DNA of 47,678 nt from Phoronis australis (taxonomy: Eukaryota > Animalia > Phoronida). Location of the stretch: the NCBI GenBank assembly GCA_002633005.1, contig NMRA01000824.1:1-47678 (forward strand). Direction: 5' to 3'. Every line of letters starts with the position of its first letter. Position 1 is the stretch's first letter. The position numbers and the translations under genes were made by a program. Shown here piece by piece: positions 23,901-34,490 of the stretch. Under the pieces are notes generated by a model. It was not told the DNA's origin. It was given only the letters and a program-made list of their open reading frames with translations, and searched no databases.

Positions 23901-26900
23901 AAATTTAACACCCAAGACCAAAAATTTAATACTTAGGACCAAACATTTATCACTCCAGAAAATGTTCATACCGGGAGCCCACATGACCATCCACAAGTAT
24001 AAACAACTCAACTCAAAGTTTTAAGGTTGGTACTAGGTATACATTCAACAATATCTCCACAACCACAGTCATATTATGACAATGAGGTTGAATTTCTTAA
24101 TGTCTCTTCCATACTTTATCCAACAGAAACCAATGTACACTTGGACACATTACATTTGAATACGCCGACTATTAAGTGCCATCCATTGCTGTCTGGACGC
24201 TATTTAAATTAGCGCAACTTACCCCACTTGTGACAACTTACTCCATATTATGGAGGGTGGTTAACTTGTTCTAGGGTAACTTGTGCCACTAGTAATTGCT
24301 GTACGGCCACAAAAGCCCGGTGTGCCAGAAGTAATTATCAGCCAAGGTTACATACATACAGCTTTTCTTTTGCGTGCTGTACTCGCATTAGGTGTTCATT
24401 GCCACGCACAGAGCAGCAACTTCTACCTTACCCTAGTTATCGGATATCTGTGTGTGTGAGGACGCTCCACATAAAAGTGGGTAAGTTGCACTAGTGCAAG
24501 TTGCTCTATGATAGGCTGTGTGTGGACGGGACTTTACAGAGACACACCGGATAGTCATTATCGGACAGTGGATGGTTACAATGCTCTTTTGGCATGAAAA
24601 TTTTCTATCCTGACGTGATAAATCTGCAGTCCTGGCATGATAAATTTCCGGCCCTGATGTGTTACATTTTGGAACTGACATGATAAAACATAAGTCCTGG
24701 CATGATGGTTTTTTAAGTTTTTTTTTGGTCGGACAAAGACTTGAATTTTTGAATGGGAGATATGTGTCCTCGAATTTTTTCCACTGACACTTTCCATAGA
24801 CACCAGATTAAGCAACTATGATATAAGTTTTCTTATGAAATTCCCAACGATAAGGGTCACTATTTAGTATTTGGGCCGGAAATTCTGGTATCCCATTTTA
24901 CTGCCAAGCAGTACAAAAGAAATCATTTCAGCATTGAAACACCTTCCCAAAGTCAGTAGAATTAGTGAATAAGGATGGTGCAACTTGTGCATAAAGTTAC
25001 AGACATCGTGTATTGCGAATATTTTTTTATCACCAAGTTGGCGATGATCCACGTACTTTACACACACAATAACACACACATATATATACAAAGTTGGTGA
25101 TCATCATACTATCGTCTTTAGACAAAACTTGCCACAAGAACCTGACACCATATACCAGAAACAGAAAATACCTTTGCATACCAATACTAATAACTTTTGA
25201 GATAGAAAGCAACAAAACTTGGCTTCTCATCAGCACAATGACCTTCCAATGTCAAATTAATTTCACGAGAGCTAGTAATTGTGCATTCTACACAAAATGG
25301 AAAGAAGCTCAAGTTGGTGTTGACAGTCCACACAGTTTCCTTTGGTAGGGCTTTCTCACCAACACCGCAACTCTCCTTTTTGCAGAGTTACCCTCAGTGG
25401 TAATAGCGTAACCCCCCAACTTAATTAACCATCACAACTCCTCTCAAAATAGTGCAGAGTTGCACATCTGTGCTTTGGCGGGAAATGTTAACTCCATTTC
25501 GGCTGCAGTAATGGCTAGATAACACACGAGACATTCATAATTCTCACGTTTCTCGTTACCAACTATGACTAGTCTCAAATAAAGGACTACAAGGTACCTA
25601 AACTACACGGTCAACGGACTCATAAACACGGGGCACGGACGCATGAGCACGACTCACGGGCCTGCAAACACCGTCCACTGACTCACAAACACCAGAATGG
25701 ACTCACAAAACACGATCCACGCACCCAAATACACGGGACACGGACTCATATTCCCGAGGAAACACGGTTAACAGACCGCCATACACGGGTCACGGACAAA
25801 ATGGAGGTGTCAGCTGACCCAGGAAGCCAATTTGGCAGTCCGTTAACCGTGTTTCCTCTTGAATATGAGTCCGTGTCTCGTGTATTTGGGTGCATGGATA
25901 GTGTTTTGTGAGTCCGTTCCCATGTTTATGAGTCAGTGGACGGTGTTTGCAGGTCTGTGAGTCGTGTTCATATGTCCGTGCCCCGTGTTTATGAGTCCGT
26001 TGACCGTGTAGTTTAGGTACCTTGGACTAAGATAACAGAAACCTGACAGAGAATAACACTGATAAACCAGTGCTATTAATCATAAATGATGAGAGATGTT
26101 CATTAATCTCGAATTCGTTAGTTTGAGAGTATGATTCAAAAACACCACTGAGTTGCATAAAGCTCCAAAAGTTATCCGCTGGATAAGTTTGATTGTTACA
26201 TGACGTCAGGTGCATTGTTCAACAATAACAATGTGACGCGGGATCATGCGACGTCATTGTTGCTATACGGTGTATAACTTTTATGCAACTGGGCCCCAGT
26301 GCTAAAATCAGAGAACTAAGAGTAAATCTGACGTCGCCCATCAGGAAAGGTAAATGGAGTTGCAATAGACCAGAGTTTGTTGTGGTGTTGGTGGTAAAGC
26401 AAAACAGGTGTAAAATTAATCTCTTGTATGCCAGTAATTGTACATTCTACACCTGAAAGAAAGCTTTGAAGTCAGTGCCTTCAGGATGGCTCAGTGAGGC
26501 TGATATAAATCTCCAGTTTGAAGACTGAAGAGAAAATGAAAACATTAATATGGTATTGAAAGACTTTTGTTAACCAGCAGACAACACAGCAGACAACACA
26601 GCAGACAACACAGCAGACAACACAGAAGACAACACAGCAGACAACACAGCAGCTTGTGATTAATTCAAGACCAGATCATCTTGACTAAGCTGGCAACCTT
26701 TATTGAACTAAATGTTTTTGTCTGATGCAATTTAATACACTACTGATTCATGGCATTACCATACATCAAACAAACAACACACCCATGATCTTATCTACAG
26801 AATCTAACTTACAGTTGGTGAACATTACCCAACCCCCTACAGCTACAGAAACATGGGGACAAACTACTCAGTTGATTTTTTCACACAAAATTTGCAATGT

Positions 26901-29900
26901 AAGGGCGCCTTTTTTTTCGATATAACTCTTCTTCTCCACAATACCTACAGCAGGAGTTTAACAACATCTGTATTGCCAAGTCTTTAGTTGTAAAACGTAC
27001 TAATTTTTGACAAGGCATTTCTTCTTACACTGCTTCAGATTAAATGGGTTCAAAATAGCCTTACAAGAATCCCTACACAAGAGTGAAAGTTTATGTTTAG
27101 TTCAAAGTTTATGGAAAGTCCAGAGATGAAATCTCCACCACAAAAGGTTGGTGCTTTTGGAACAAAACAAGATTTTTCATGGAAGCTCCTACAAATGGTT
27201 GACCTTTCTGAATAGGTGGGTATTCTAATTTTCAAACTGAGACCCCACTTCAAAAATAGTCAAGTAGCTCCCCNCCCCCCCCCCCCCATTGTGCCTTCCT
27301 ATGACAAGGGTTGTTTGACCATAGCCCACCTACAGGTACAAAGGTAAGTTTCTACTTATCCATAACTTATGCCCAATATCAGAACCAAGGTATTTCCACA
27401 CTATAAACATTGACATGGGTCTGGGTCCCATTTCAAATCTGTATTAGCAGTCCTTTGGATTCACTTTCAGACCGAAACCAAACCTTCTAACAGTTCCACA
27501 CTCATGCACTTGTGATAAGAAATCTGTGTTCATAGAATGGTAACAGTGAATTCTATCCCACAATTCATAGTCCAACAGACCAAAAATCACTTCATTGATC
27601 ACCATTATGCTAGGGTGTATAGTTAAGTCCCCAGCATACTTGAGAAACACTCACCTTTGACCTACGTGATTTTATGAGCTCTTGCATGATCTTAATATTT
27701 AGCAACAGTCTTACATCTAGGGAACACACTCTAGCATGTACCATTCATGTCACTCAGGCCATCTGTCTGAGTGGCTACTTACACACGATCAACAACTGCT
27801 ACAAGCTCCACATAAAGGGCCTTTCATACTAACGTCGACGCGTCGATGGTTTGGGGAGTTGCGGTCAGTATGAACGCTTAACTCCGGTCCTGGATCGCAG
27901 TTAAGAGCTCCAGTTAACATCGCAGTTAATAGGTGGATTTAAGACCGCAGCGTCGACGCTGCGGTGCAGTATGAACGCTTAACTCCGGTCCAATCGAAGT
28001 TATCGCCAGGTGCCACTGTTATCATCAACAGTTACAGAGTAGTGCCGTCACTAATAACTACTTATTTTTGGGTTTAATGATAATCAATCGATTTAAAAAT
28101 GAGTTTTATGTCATTTAGCACATTTAAATGTTCCAAATTGTCACATTGAAAAAAATCTTAGTGTGCAGCGCTACCTTGCGATAACTTCGATGACGTCAGG
28201 GTCACCAACCCTTTACTTCGATGGTCATTAACTACCGAAGCCAGTATGAACGGTCCAGTTAACTGCGCTGTTTACGTCGACGCTCCGCTCAGACCGGAGT
28301 TAAGTCAATATGAAAGGGCCTTAAGAGACTGGCTATCATTGTAAACTAAACATGGACATAGAATAAACATTTTTATCAACATCTTTGCTCACAACAGGAC
28401 ATCAGATATGACACTTTAAACACAAAGTTATAGTCTAACCAGATCTTTTCTAATTACTTCTCTCATAATGGTAACCCTCGATGACCATCATCCAAGACCC
28501 GTGCCCCTCCTAAATCAGCCTCTGAACACTAAATGTGTCACAACTCTGAAGCCTCCTTAAGAAGCGTTTAGGGCAACTCCAACTTGAAGCCACATCAAGT
28601 CCTAGCCTGTGGCAGGAAGACTGTCCCGCCCTTACAAACAGGAAGTTCAAGACCCTAAGTCAAACAGGGTTGCTTCCCATTCAAGGGCCATTAACCACAG
28701 TATTTCACTTGGCTTGTCATTGTGGTAAACCTGTGTTTATGTTGTTCTTCATGACCAGTAGATCTTGAACAATAGGTGAATGGTTATTGTACAGAGTAAT
28801 TGTATAGAGGTCTTCCTGTAGGTCAAAACAGCAATTGAACAATGAAGTGATGACAAAACTGAAGGAGTCAATGGCTGAGTTCAATCATATCACTTCAAGT
28901 ATTGACTTTGAATCATAAGAAGGGCACCTTCAAAAAAACAGTCTTGAAATCTAAAATAACATTCATTTATTAGTAACCAGAATTTTTTCAACCCACACCT
29001 TACAAATCATATGATGGGCTCCATAAGAGGAAATAAGTTACTGGTTGGATCAGCTTTAAAGTCCAAAGCTAGAAATGCTTTTAGTTTGGTCACCTTTTGT
29101 CTGCATATGAAGGATAGCTCTGGGGATTAGGGGTTTATACCAGGACTGATGCACCTCTGATATCCAGCATGATAAATAGGTCAGGGCATTTTAATTAAAT
29201 ATGACAGGACACGCTAATTAGCATATATTAATTTTTAGGAGGACTATATTGTTTTAAATTGGGATATATTGGTTGGTAGGAAGAATGTTCTGAAATGTAG
29301 TTGTGATGAGCCTGTTTGGCACCAGTCGCCTGGTCGTATGAATTATTAATGTATGAAAAATGATCTGCGTGTTTAGCGGAACCAGAGAAAAGAACTTTAT
29401 ATACTATGCAGTCTAAATTAAATGTCCTCCCAAGCACTTCTGTGGCGAGACCGCCAACATCAAGGGGTTACATATGACTGGAGAAGGCCTGTATTAATTA
29501 CTATTTTAATCAACTTATTGTAAAGAGTGGGACATGCTTTGACATCAATTTTTCTGTTTCAAAGCAGATTCCACTGATGGGGAAACAAAATGCTAGAGAA
29601 AATAAACCATTTGCAGACTACAGCACATTTGGCTACCTAAAAATGCTAACACGTCTTAGAAAAACAGCAACCGTTTTCGCCACCCAAGTGAAAATAGTAC
29701 GAGGGAGCCAAAGATTTCTCAGCTCATGACTTTGCAAGGGCATAACACTACCATCACAACAACTTGTGTTGTTAATATGGCATCGCCTGCTTTGCATATG
29801 AGTAGCATTACAGCTGCACAATAACCTATGACTCATAACATAACACAAGATATAACTGCTCTAAATTAAGATTAATCATCAGTTACAAGACATGACATCA

Positions 29901-32900
29901 ATAAGAACTGAGAGGATACTGATATATTTCACAACTTCTCAGCATGACAAATATATTTCATAACCAGTGTATACTATAACCCTTCTATCCTTTATGACTT
30001 AACACTGTATGCACGCTTTTACAATCTCCCTATCCTTGAAAAGTGCCAGCAAACTGGAATATAATCAGACACCAAGCTGGAATGTCCAGTCTGAATGTTT
30101 AGGCACTGGCTCCCCCTGGCAAACACAGGATATTGACATCATAAAGTCTGCTTTTGAAGGCAAAGTTAATATTCAAGAGACATATGATCACCACATGATT
30201 ACCTCCTGCTTTTATTGGGAAACAAGTACAGCAATTTGAGCAAACCTGTGTATTACGTTGTTTTACCTGGTATTCCATCCTCTCTCAATACACTTCACAC
30301 CAGTCTGGTCTAATGGAAAAACCTGATCTCAAGACATCTGTTTAGAAACCAGCCGAAGCCAAAATGGTAAATAACCTTTTCAATACTTGGAGTTGTCACA
30401 ATGAAGCGATCTGCAGCGCAATTTGAAACAAGGAAGAGAGCACGTCGCCTCAACTTACAGCACAGTCACTAACAAGTTTGACTTAGCGACAGCAGCTGAA
30501 ATGACTGAGCAGGAAGCATGTGACCTTTGTGCATTTTTGAGGTTTGCCAAGAAGTAAACAGATTATAAGGTCTGGTTGACAGATCATTATAACACACTTT
30601 ATGATGTCAGGGCATGGTCTATTTTTATTCAGCCAGATGTCCTCGCAAGTACTTAGATGTAGGGCATTGTGTTCGAGGCAATTTTTTGTGCAAGTGTCAA
30701 GTTTCATCAATGTCAATCACATTCATTAAACACACTGCAGCACTCTTCAGTAAAAGAGATAATGACAGCTCTTCTATTACAATGGAGTGCACGACATATG
30801 CACCAATGGATATAGGCACATACAACACACAACATGCAAATCATTTGATTTACTAGGGGAACAAGGAACCCCCCTACCGTAGTTTCAGCGTGCTTCCTAA
30901 ATCTAAATAACCATCAATTGCCTTCAGAGATTTTCAGTGTCAAAAATGCTTATTCGGTGATTGGCCAACACCTTCCACCTTACTTAGATAAGAAATGACT
31001 TCTGAACATGGAATTAGCAATTTATAGGCTACCATGCTCCAAAATCAATATATGGCTTTCAGATGAATGGGAAACAGATTAGTCCCATGTCTCTACAGCA
31101 GATGGAGTTACTGGCTGGTGCCTTGCAACTTCAAATAGCAAGTATCAGTTCACCACCATCATGGGCCAATCTACAGCTGACTGATACCTCATTCACAAAT
31201 TGGCTCAAAGGCTAGACTAAGTATTTAATTATTGCTGGAAGCAAAAATGTGAATGGTTGAAAGAATCACTTTTGCTGGTTTGATCGAGTTATCCAGTCAA
31301 AATGAATGTAAAATCTAACCAATTTTGGAGAAAATAATTACTAAAAATTTATACTTTTTCAAGGCCTCAATTATTGTTGTAAATGCCCCCAGTTAACCAA
31401 AACAGTGTCTGATGCCAGCTATGGTAAAAAGTTTAAATTAAAAAGATCACATTTTGGTAGTGCTTCTTTTATATGAAATAAATTAAAAAGTTAAATTCCA
31501 GAAGTCCACCATATTGTGTCCTTAATTGGTGAGATGACATTGAAGCCCTTTCCTATTCACACCACAACCTTCAAAGGACATTCATGAAATATGTTCACTG
31601 CATTAATGAGTTTCTGGCTGACTGTGAACATACTCTACCATTTAATACAGTTTTAAAAGCACAGTGACTGGTCAGAAAACAAACTTACTACAGTACTGGC
31701 GGCAAAAATTAATCCCATCATGGACAGTCCCTGAAAAACTGCTACAGCTGCTGCAGTCTTTGCCACTCCTATTAGCGTAGTGTAAACCCCCCTATGATAC
31801 ACCCCCCTCCCCCCTATAGAGTTGGGCAGATCAAGCCTGAAAACACAAACAGATGTTCTGCTCAATCTTCTCTAAGCAACCCTTCAGAAGAAATCCTGGT
31901 TTAGAACATGAGCTTGCAAGAACAACAACCAAACTGTGCAGTTGAAACCATATGTCGTCTGCCACATGTAGCAAACTAAATTAGAGCAAGACAGTGGGAC
32001 AGAGAAGCCAATGTAATACTGGAGGTGGCACTACTGTAGAAGGAGTTATGGAATGTGGGGCCAGATTTCCTATGAAAAGAAATCTTTTCAAATGAATTAT
32101 CCAAAAAAGGACGGCTTTGCCCGATTAATTCCAAGAGCGTTCTATCTGGAAGATATAGAGACAAGCCAAAGATGTAACTAGAACAAAATTAAGCAAGAGC
32201 AATGCAACAACGTGAAGCACAGCTTATCACAAACACAAAGTTTCTAGGGGTGCTTCTCAACTTCATGTGAGATACAAGGAGAGAGTAAATTGACCACAAG
32301 GACTAGCTGCAATAGTCAGATTCGACAAAAAGTGTTGTCAACTTTTTAAAAATCAATACGTTTAAAAATGAAAATTTTCAAAATAAATCCATAAATCGAC
32401 ACCAGACGCTATCCAGAAACCTTCTTCCCTATGAAATACCAAAAAAGCCTCACCCCTCTGGCCCCAGGGGGCACGCAGATTGAAAAGCAGCATGCACCCC
32501 ATTGCTGATGTCCTACATACTTGTGATCAATTTCATCAGAACTTTGAACTATCAAGCGGAAAAGTGGACAACAGGACAACCACATAAAGTGGCCACTAGG
32601 GGACACTGCGGAAGTCTAGTACCCTGAAAACTGACTGGTGCTAGCATATTGCCATCACGCTAAATCGTGTCAAGATTCAGTCTCAACCAGAACCTGCTCT
32701 TATCCCAAGAAACACTGAAAAAGCCCCACCCCCTGGCCCCAGGGGACGGGACAAACTAAAAAGTGGCATGCACCCCCTTAGTGATCACCTTGTCGTTTAT
32801 GCCAAATCTTATCAAGAAGTTTTTCAGTTCTGGAGCAGGCAACTGGACAACAGGACAAATAGGCTAGTACCGCAGAAATGACATCTTTCAATCGGTTCTC

Positions 32901-33365
32901 ATCGTTGTGTCAAATGTCATGAAAACCGACCAGTTTTTTTGAGCTATTGAGCAAACACTTGACGAACCGGACAACCAGTCGAGATCATGACGACAATATG
33001 CGCCCACATAAAAATATGGAGGTGCATACTAAAAGGATGACTTTTTCTAAACAAAATGGGCCCCTTTTGTTACAATTTTGTTCATGTTCCTATGTCTAAG
33101 AATGTGGGTATTCTAATTTTCCAGTTTATCAACTCCACCCCCTAGGAATGAACAGACAATTGCGAGTACATCGGTACTTTTATGCAGCAAACATTGGACA
33201 AAGTCTTCACACCTGTAACACTAGAGTTTTAAGGACACAATACAAATCTATTTTTATTTCCTGAAATCTTACCTCTTTCAAATCATTCAGCTGACCAAGC
33301 CAAACGTCAAGATCATTGTCAAGGTCACTGTCCACCTCAGCATTGTTCACGTCATCATCATCCAT
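7800..33365 (-). CDS. RAPH1/APBB1IP: MRL-family adaptor (Ras-associated and PH domain protein; RIAM/Lamellipodin/Pico/MIG-10 pro-ortholog), 11 coding exons, 959 aa
   Basis: Exons 33273-33365, 23071-23179, 19567-20276, 17646-17714, 17056-17133, 15265-15424, 14726-14916, 13423-13566, 11140-11250, 9859-9957 and 7800-8915 sum to 2880 nt in one open frame with GT-AG junctions. MRL hallmarks are DLDALLGQLCAIE, KQEKIKIAMEKIKEA, the RA domain (ERVYEDHE), the PH domain (WKKYYCVLR, KKKYKAPT, HPQIQKKS, WLTGLRIAK) and FPPPP motifs. No SH2 domain, so not GRB7/10/14. Confidence 0.93.
9859..9957 (-). CDS. RAPH1/APBB1IP: MRL coding exon 10 (99 nt; PH domain end)
   Basis: TTTCATTTTCCAG|CAC...AAG|GTATTG. Encodes HPQIQKKSKFIKYLCVDDERSLRLWLTGLRIAK. 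Confidence 0.93.
11140..11250 (-). CDS. RAPH1/APBB1IP: MRL coding exon 9 (111 nt; PH domain)
   Basis: AATTTTGCAG|TCA...AAG|GTTTGG. Encodes STKDLQILAHVEVMEIYHGVGWKKKYKAPTEHGFALK. Confidence 0.93.
13423..13566 (-). CDS. RAPH1/APBB1IP: MRL coding exon 8 (144 nt; PH domain start)
   Basis: CTTGGTTGCAG|GAC...AAG|GTGAGC. Encodes DYFSSEGGKVPEVEGEVYVKAEGKKAWKKYYCVLRDAGIFFNPKGKGK. Confidence 0.93.
13941..14308. mobile_element. Harbinger-like MITE family A, copy 1
   Basis: Ends AGTCGCATTTACAC / GTGTAAACACTGCT with TAA on both flanks. Internal sequence is homologous (inverted) to 35902-36337. Confidence 0.75.
14726..14916 (-). CDS. RAPH1/APBB1IP: MRL coding exon 7 (191 nt; end of RA domain and linker)
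   Basis: GATCTTTCAG|AG and GAG|GTGGGG (weak donor). Encodes ERVYEDHEMFVDNMLLW...ARKQLLE. Confidence 0.9.
15036..15247. mobile_element. Small degenerate TIR element filling most of MRL intron 6
   Basis: TAAAGTTGCCAAACCTGAATTTGGCAA / TTGCCAAACTCAGGTCTAGTAACTTTA inverted ends; no TSD recognisable. Confidence 0.55.
15265..15424 (-). CDS. RAPH1/APBB1IP: MRL coding exon 6 (160 nt; RA domain)
   Basis: TTTGTTGTAG|CTG...ATGG|GTAAGT. Encodes LFARIFAEDGSTKSIMADDTMTCRDVLTVVLDKSHNKSDICWALVEEIPELYM. Confidence 0.93.
17056..17133 (-). CDS. RAPH1/APBB1IP: MRL coding exon 5 (78 nt; coiled coil before RA domain)
   Basis: TTTTATTCTGCAG|GCT...AAG|GTATTT. Encodes AEQEQLLKQEKIKIAMEKIKEANIKK. Confidence 0.93.
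17646..17714 (-). CDS. RAPH1/APBB1IP: MRL coding exon 4 (69 nt)
   Basis: CTTGTCTTGGTACTAG|GTG...GCT|GTGAGG. Encodes VHDKVMARLDNYQQELNNRELSA (phase 0-0) and leads naturally into the coiled coil. Confidence 0.75.
18958..19034 (-). repeat. Degenerate tRNA-derived SINE head
   Basis: Minus strand has A-box-like TGGCCTAGTGTGATAAG and B-box-like GGATCCGAGTCCC at tRNA-like spacing; no intact cloverleaf. Confidence 0.4.
19567..20276 (-). CDS. RAPH1/APBB1IP: MRL coding exon 3 (710 nt; talin-binding-like helix 2 plus disordered linker)
   Basis: GTATTTCAG|AC and ATG|GTAAGT. Lies within ORF 19558..20292 and begins DNEDIDLDALLGQLCAIESQL. Confidence 0.9.
21251..23024. repeat. Near-identical tandem duplication (21251-22153, 903 bp; 22155-23024, 870 bp) joined by one N; probable uncollapsed haplotypes
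   Basis: Both copies start tcacgcctg and end atctcatcttata. The N at 22154 lies exactly at the junction. Copies differ by scattered substitutions and an ~30-bp indel. Confidence 0.92.
23071..23179 (-). CDS. RAPH1/APBB1IP: MRL coding exon 2 (109 nt, phase 0 to 1)
   Basis: TTTTTCCTCTTTCAG|GAC...GAAG|GTATTT. Encodes DLGGSTLAPPSVSNRKQITPSDTLDSFRNSVIQGVE (DSFR.S resembles the SYRFS motif before the second helix). It bridges the phases of exons 1 and 3 exactly. Confidence 0.82.
23717..24782. mobile_element. Foldback-like structure: two inverted, diverged arms built from ~21-bp subrepeats
   Basis: 23717-23994 and the reverse complement of ~24568-24782 both run gaaaaaattc(c/g)aggac...[aatttatcatgtcagga-type repeats]...accatccac. 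Confidence 0.55.
24175..24533. mobile_element. Harbinger-like MITE family B, copy 1 (internally shortened, inverted relative to copies 2 and 3)
   Basis: Ends AGTGCCATCCA / GTGTGGACGGGACT with TTA TSD; homologous to 36885-37300 and 45178-45567. Confidence 0.78.
25590..26024. mobile_element. Palindromic non-autonomous DNA transposon, 435 bp, 192-bp TIRs, 5-bp TSD
   Basis: Arms 25590-25781 and 25833-26024 are reverse complements (CAAGGTACCTAAACTACACGGTCAACGGACTCATAAACACGGGGCACGGAC...). GACTA is duplicated at 25585-25589 and 26025-26029. Confidence 0.9.
26575..26652. repeat. Minisatellite (CAGCAGACAACA) x 6.5
   Basis: Direct reading; one unit carries a C>A change. Confidence 0.95.
27816..28321. 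mobile_element. Harbinger-like MITE, 506 bp, CpG-rich
   Basis: TIRs AGGGCCTTTCATACT / AATATGAAAGGGCCT with TAA TSD; internal direct repeat cagtatgaacgcttaactccggtcc x2. Confidence 0.82.
32190..33034. mobile_element. Degenerate Helentron/HINE-like non-autonomous element with two ~280-bp internal repeats
   Basis: cacccc(t)ctggccccagggg...gcatgcacccc...ggacaacaggacaa occurs twice (~32451 and ~32727). A terminal hairpin tatgcgcc...ggtgcata (32997-33028) is followed by an A-run. Boundaries are approximate. Confidence 0.5.
33273..33365 (-). CDS. RAPH1/APBB1IP: MRL coding exon 1 (start ATG; talin-binding-site-like helix 1)
   Basis: Minus strand TTTTTCAG|CATTTACAATGG (acceptor at 33374-33375, good Kozak context) and GAG|GTAAGA. 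Encodes MDDDDVNNAEVDSDLDNDLDVWLGQLNDLKE, resembling the DLD..WLGELD.L helix of Lamellipodin/RIAM. Confidence 0.82.
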
Positions 33366-34467
33366 TGTAAATGCTGAAAAAGTGAATAAAATTAAAACGG
33401 CAAGTCAGTTCAGCAGAATTCAATAGCTTACAGAGGTTTGACACAATTTCAATCTATCAATGAATTTTTTAAATTCAAGTATTTTGGCCCTTGCCTGATT
33501 TGCAAAAAATATGAAAGTCAAAAATTACAGTTGCCTCAAGAAAAATGTGAAATTTGAATCGGGTTACAAAAACTCACTTCTAATTAAATTCAGAAAATAG
33601 ATTAATTTTGTTGCATGACTTCAATTTATGTTTTAAAGTTTTTAATTATGTTTCCAGTTTTATTGATTTTCTTACACCGACGTAAGTAAAACTTTTTTCT
33701 GGATTTAGAGTACTTCAAATTTTTGAGTTTTCAATTCTTCACAAAGTTCTGTGATTATTTTTTGTGTTTCGTTTTGATACCCATTACATTTTTGATGAAA
33801 TAAGAAAAACTGTAAGGGCGATGCTGACTTAGTCTTTGTGGTATTTTAACTCTTCTCTGCATTTCACTAAATTATGTTATGTTATGTTAGTAGGATTGAG
33901 AAATAAGTTGATGTGAATAATAAGGAGTGCCGTTTGCAAATGTGAATTATTTTGATGTTATATAATACTTTGAAATAGTAGAACATAATTTTGCTAATTT
34001 ACAAAAAATAGAGTTTGTGTTAGCTAAAACAGATTCCTGTTTTTGAAATTGGAGAATCGGAACGTTCGTGTAGGCTAAATTAAGGACCATTCGCCATAAC
34101 AAAGGGAACAATTTTTGGACCAGAAATCCATCAATATCGATAAATTTATGGTAGGAAAGTTCATAACAGGATGACTTCGTAGGACTAGGAACTCCCTGTA
34201 AAGCGATCTCTTTTAATTATAACACCGAAACTTTCTAATCCCACGGATGCAATATGAATCTTATAATACCAGAACAGCTCCAGAAGCCGCTTTCGCATTA
34301 TATCCAAGTTCTCATTCACTCCCTTGCACACATTCACAGGTAAGAGCGAGCTCAGAGGAATAGGCGACACCTTTGTGCAATGCTCCATTGCCAGCTCGTG
34401 AAGCCAGGACTGGCCGAGCATTGCCCAATACATGACTAAGGATGGGGTTGGCCAACCCTGAAATTCG

Positions 34468-34490
34468 AAAATGGCGCACACGGACTTCCA
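34468..34490. promoter_or_regulatory. YY1-like (AAAATGGCG) and adjacent ETS-like (GGAAGT on minus) motifs ~1.1 kb upstream of MRL coding exon 1
   Basis: Motifs seen directly in a locally CpG-richer stretch (~34050-35150); promoter role is inference only. Confidence 0.3.
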
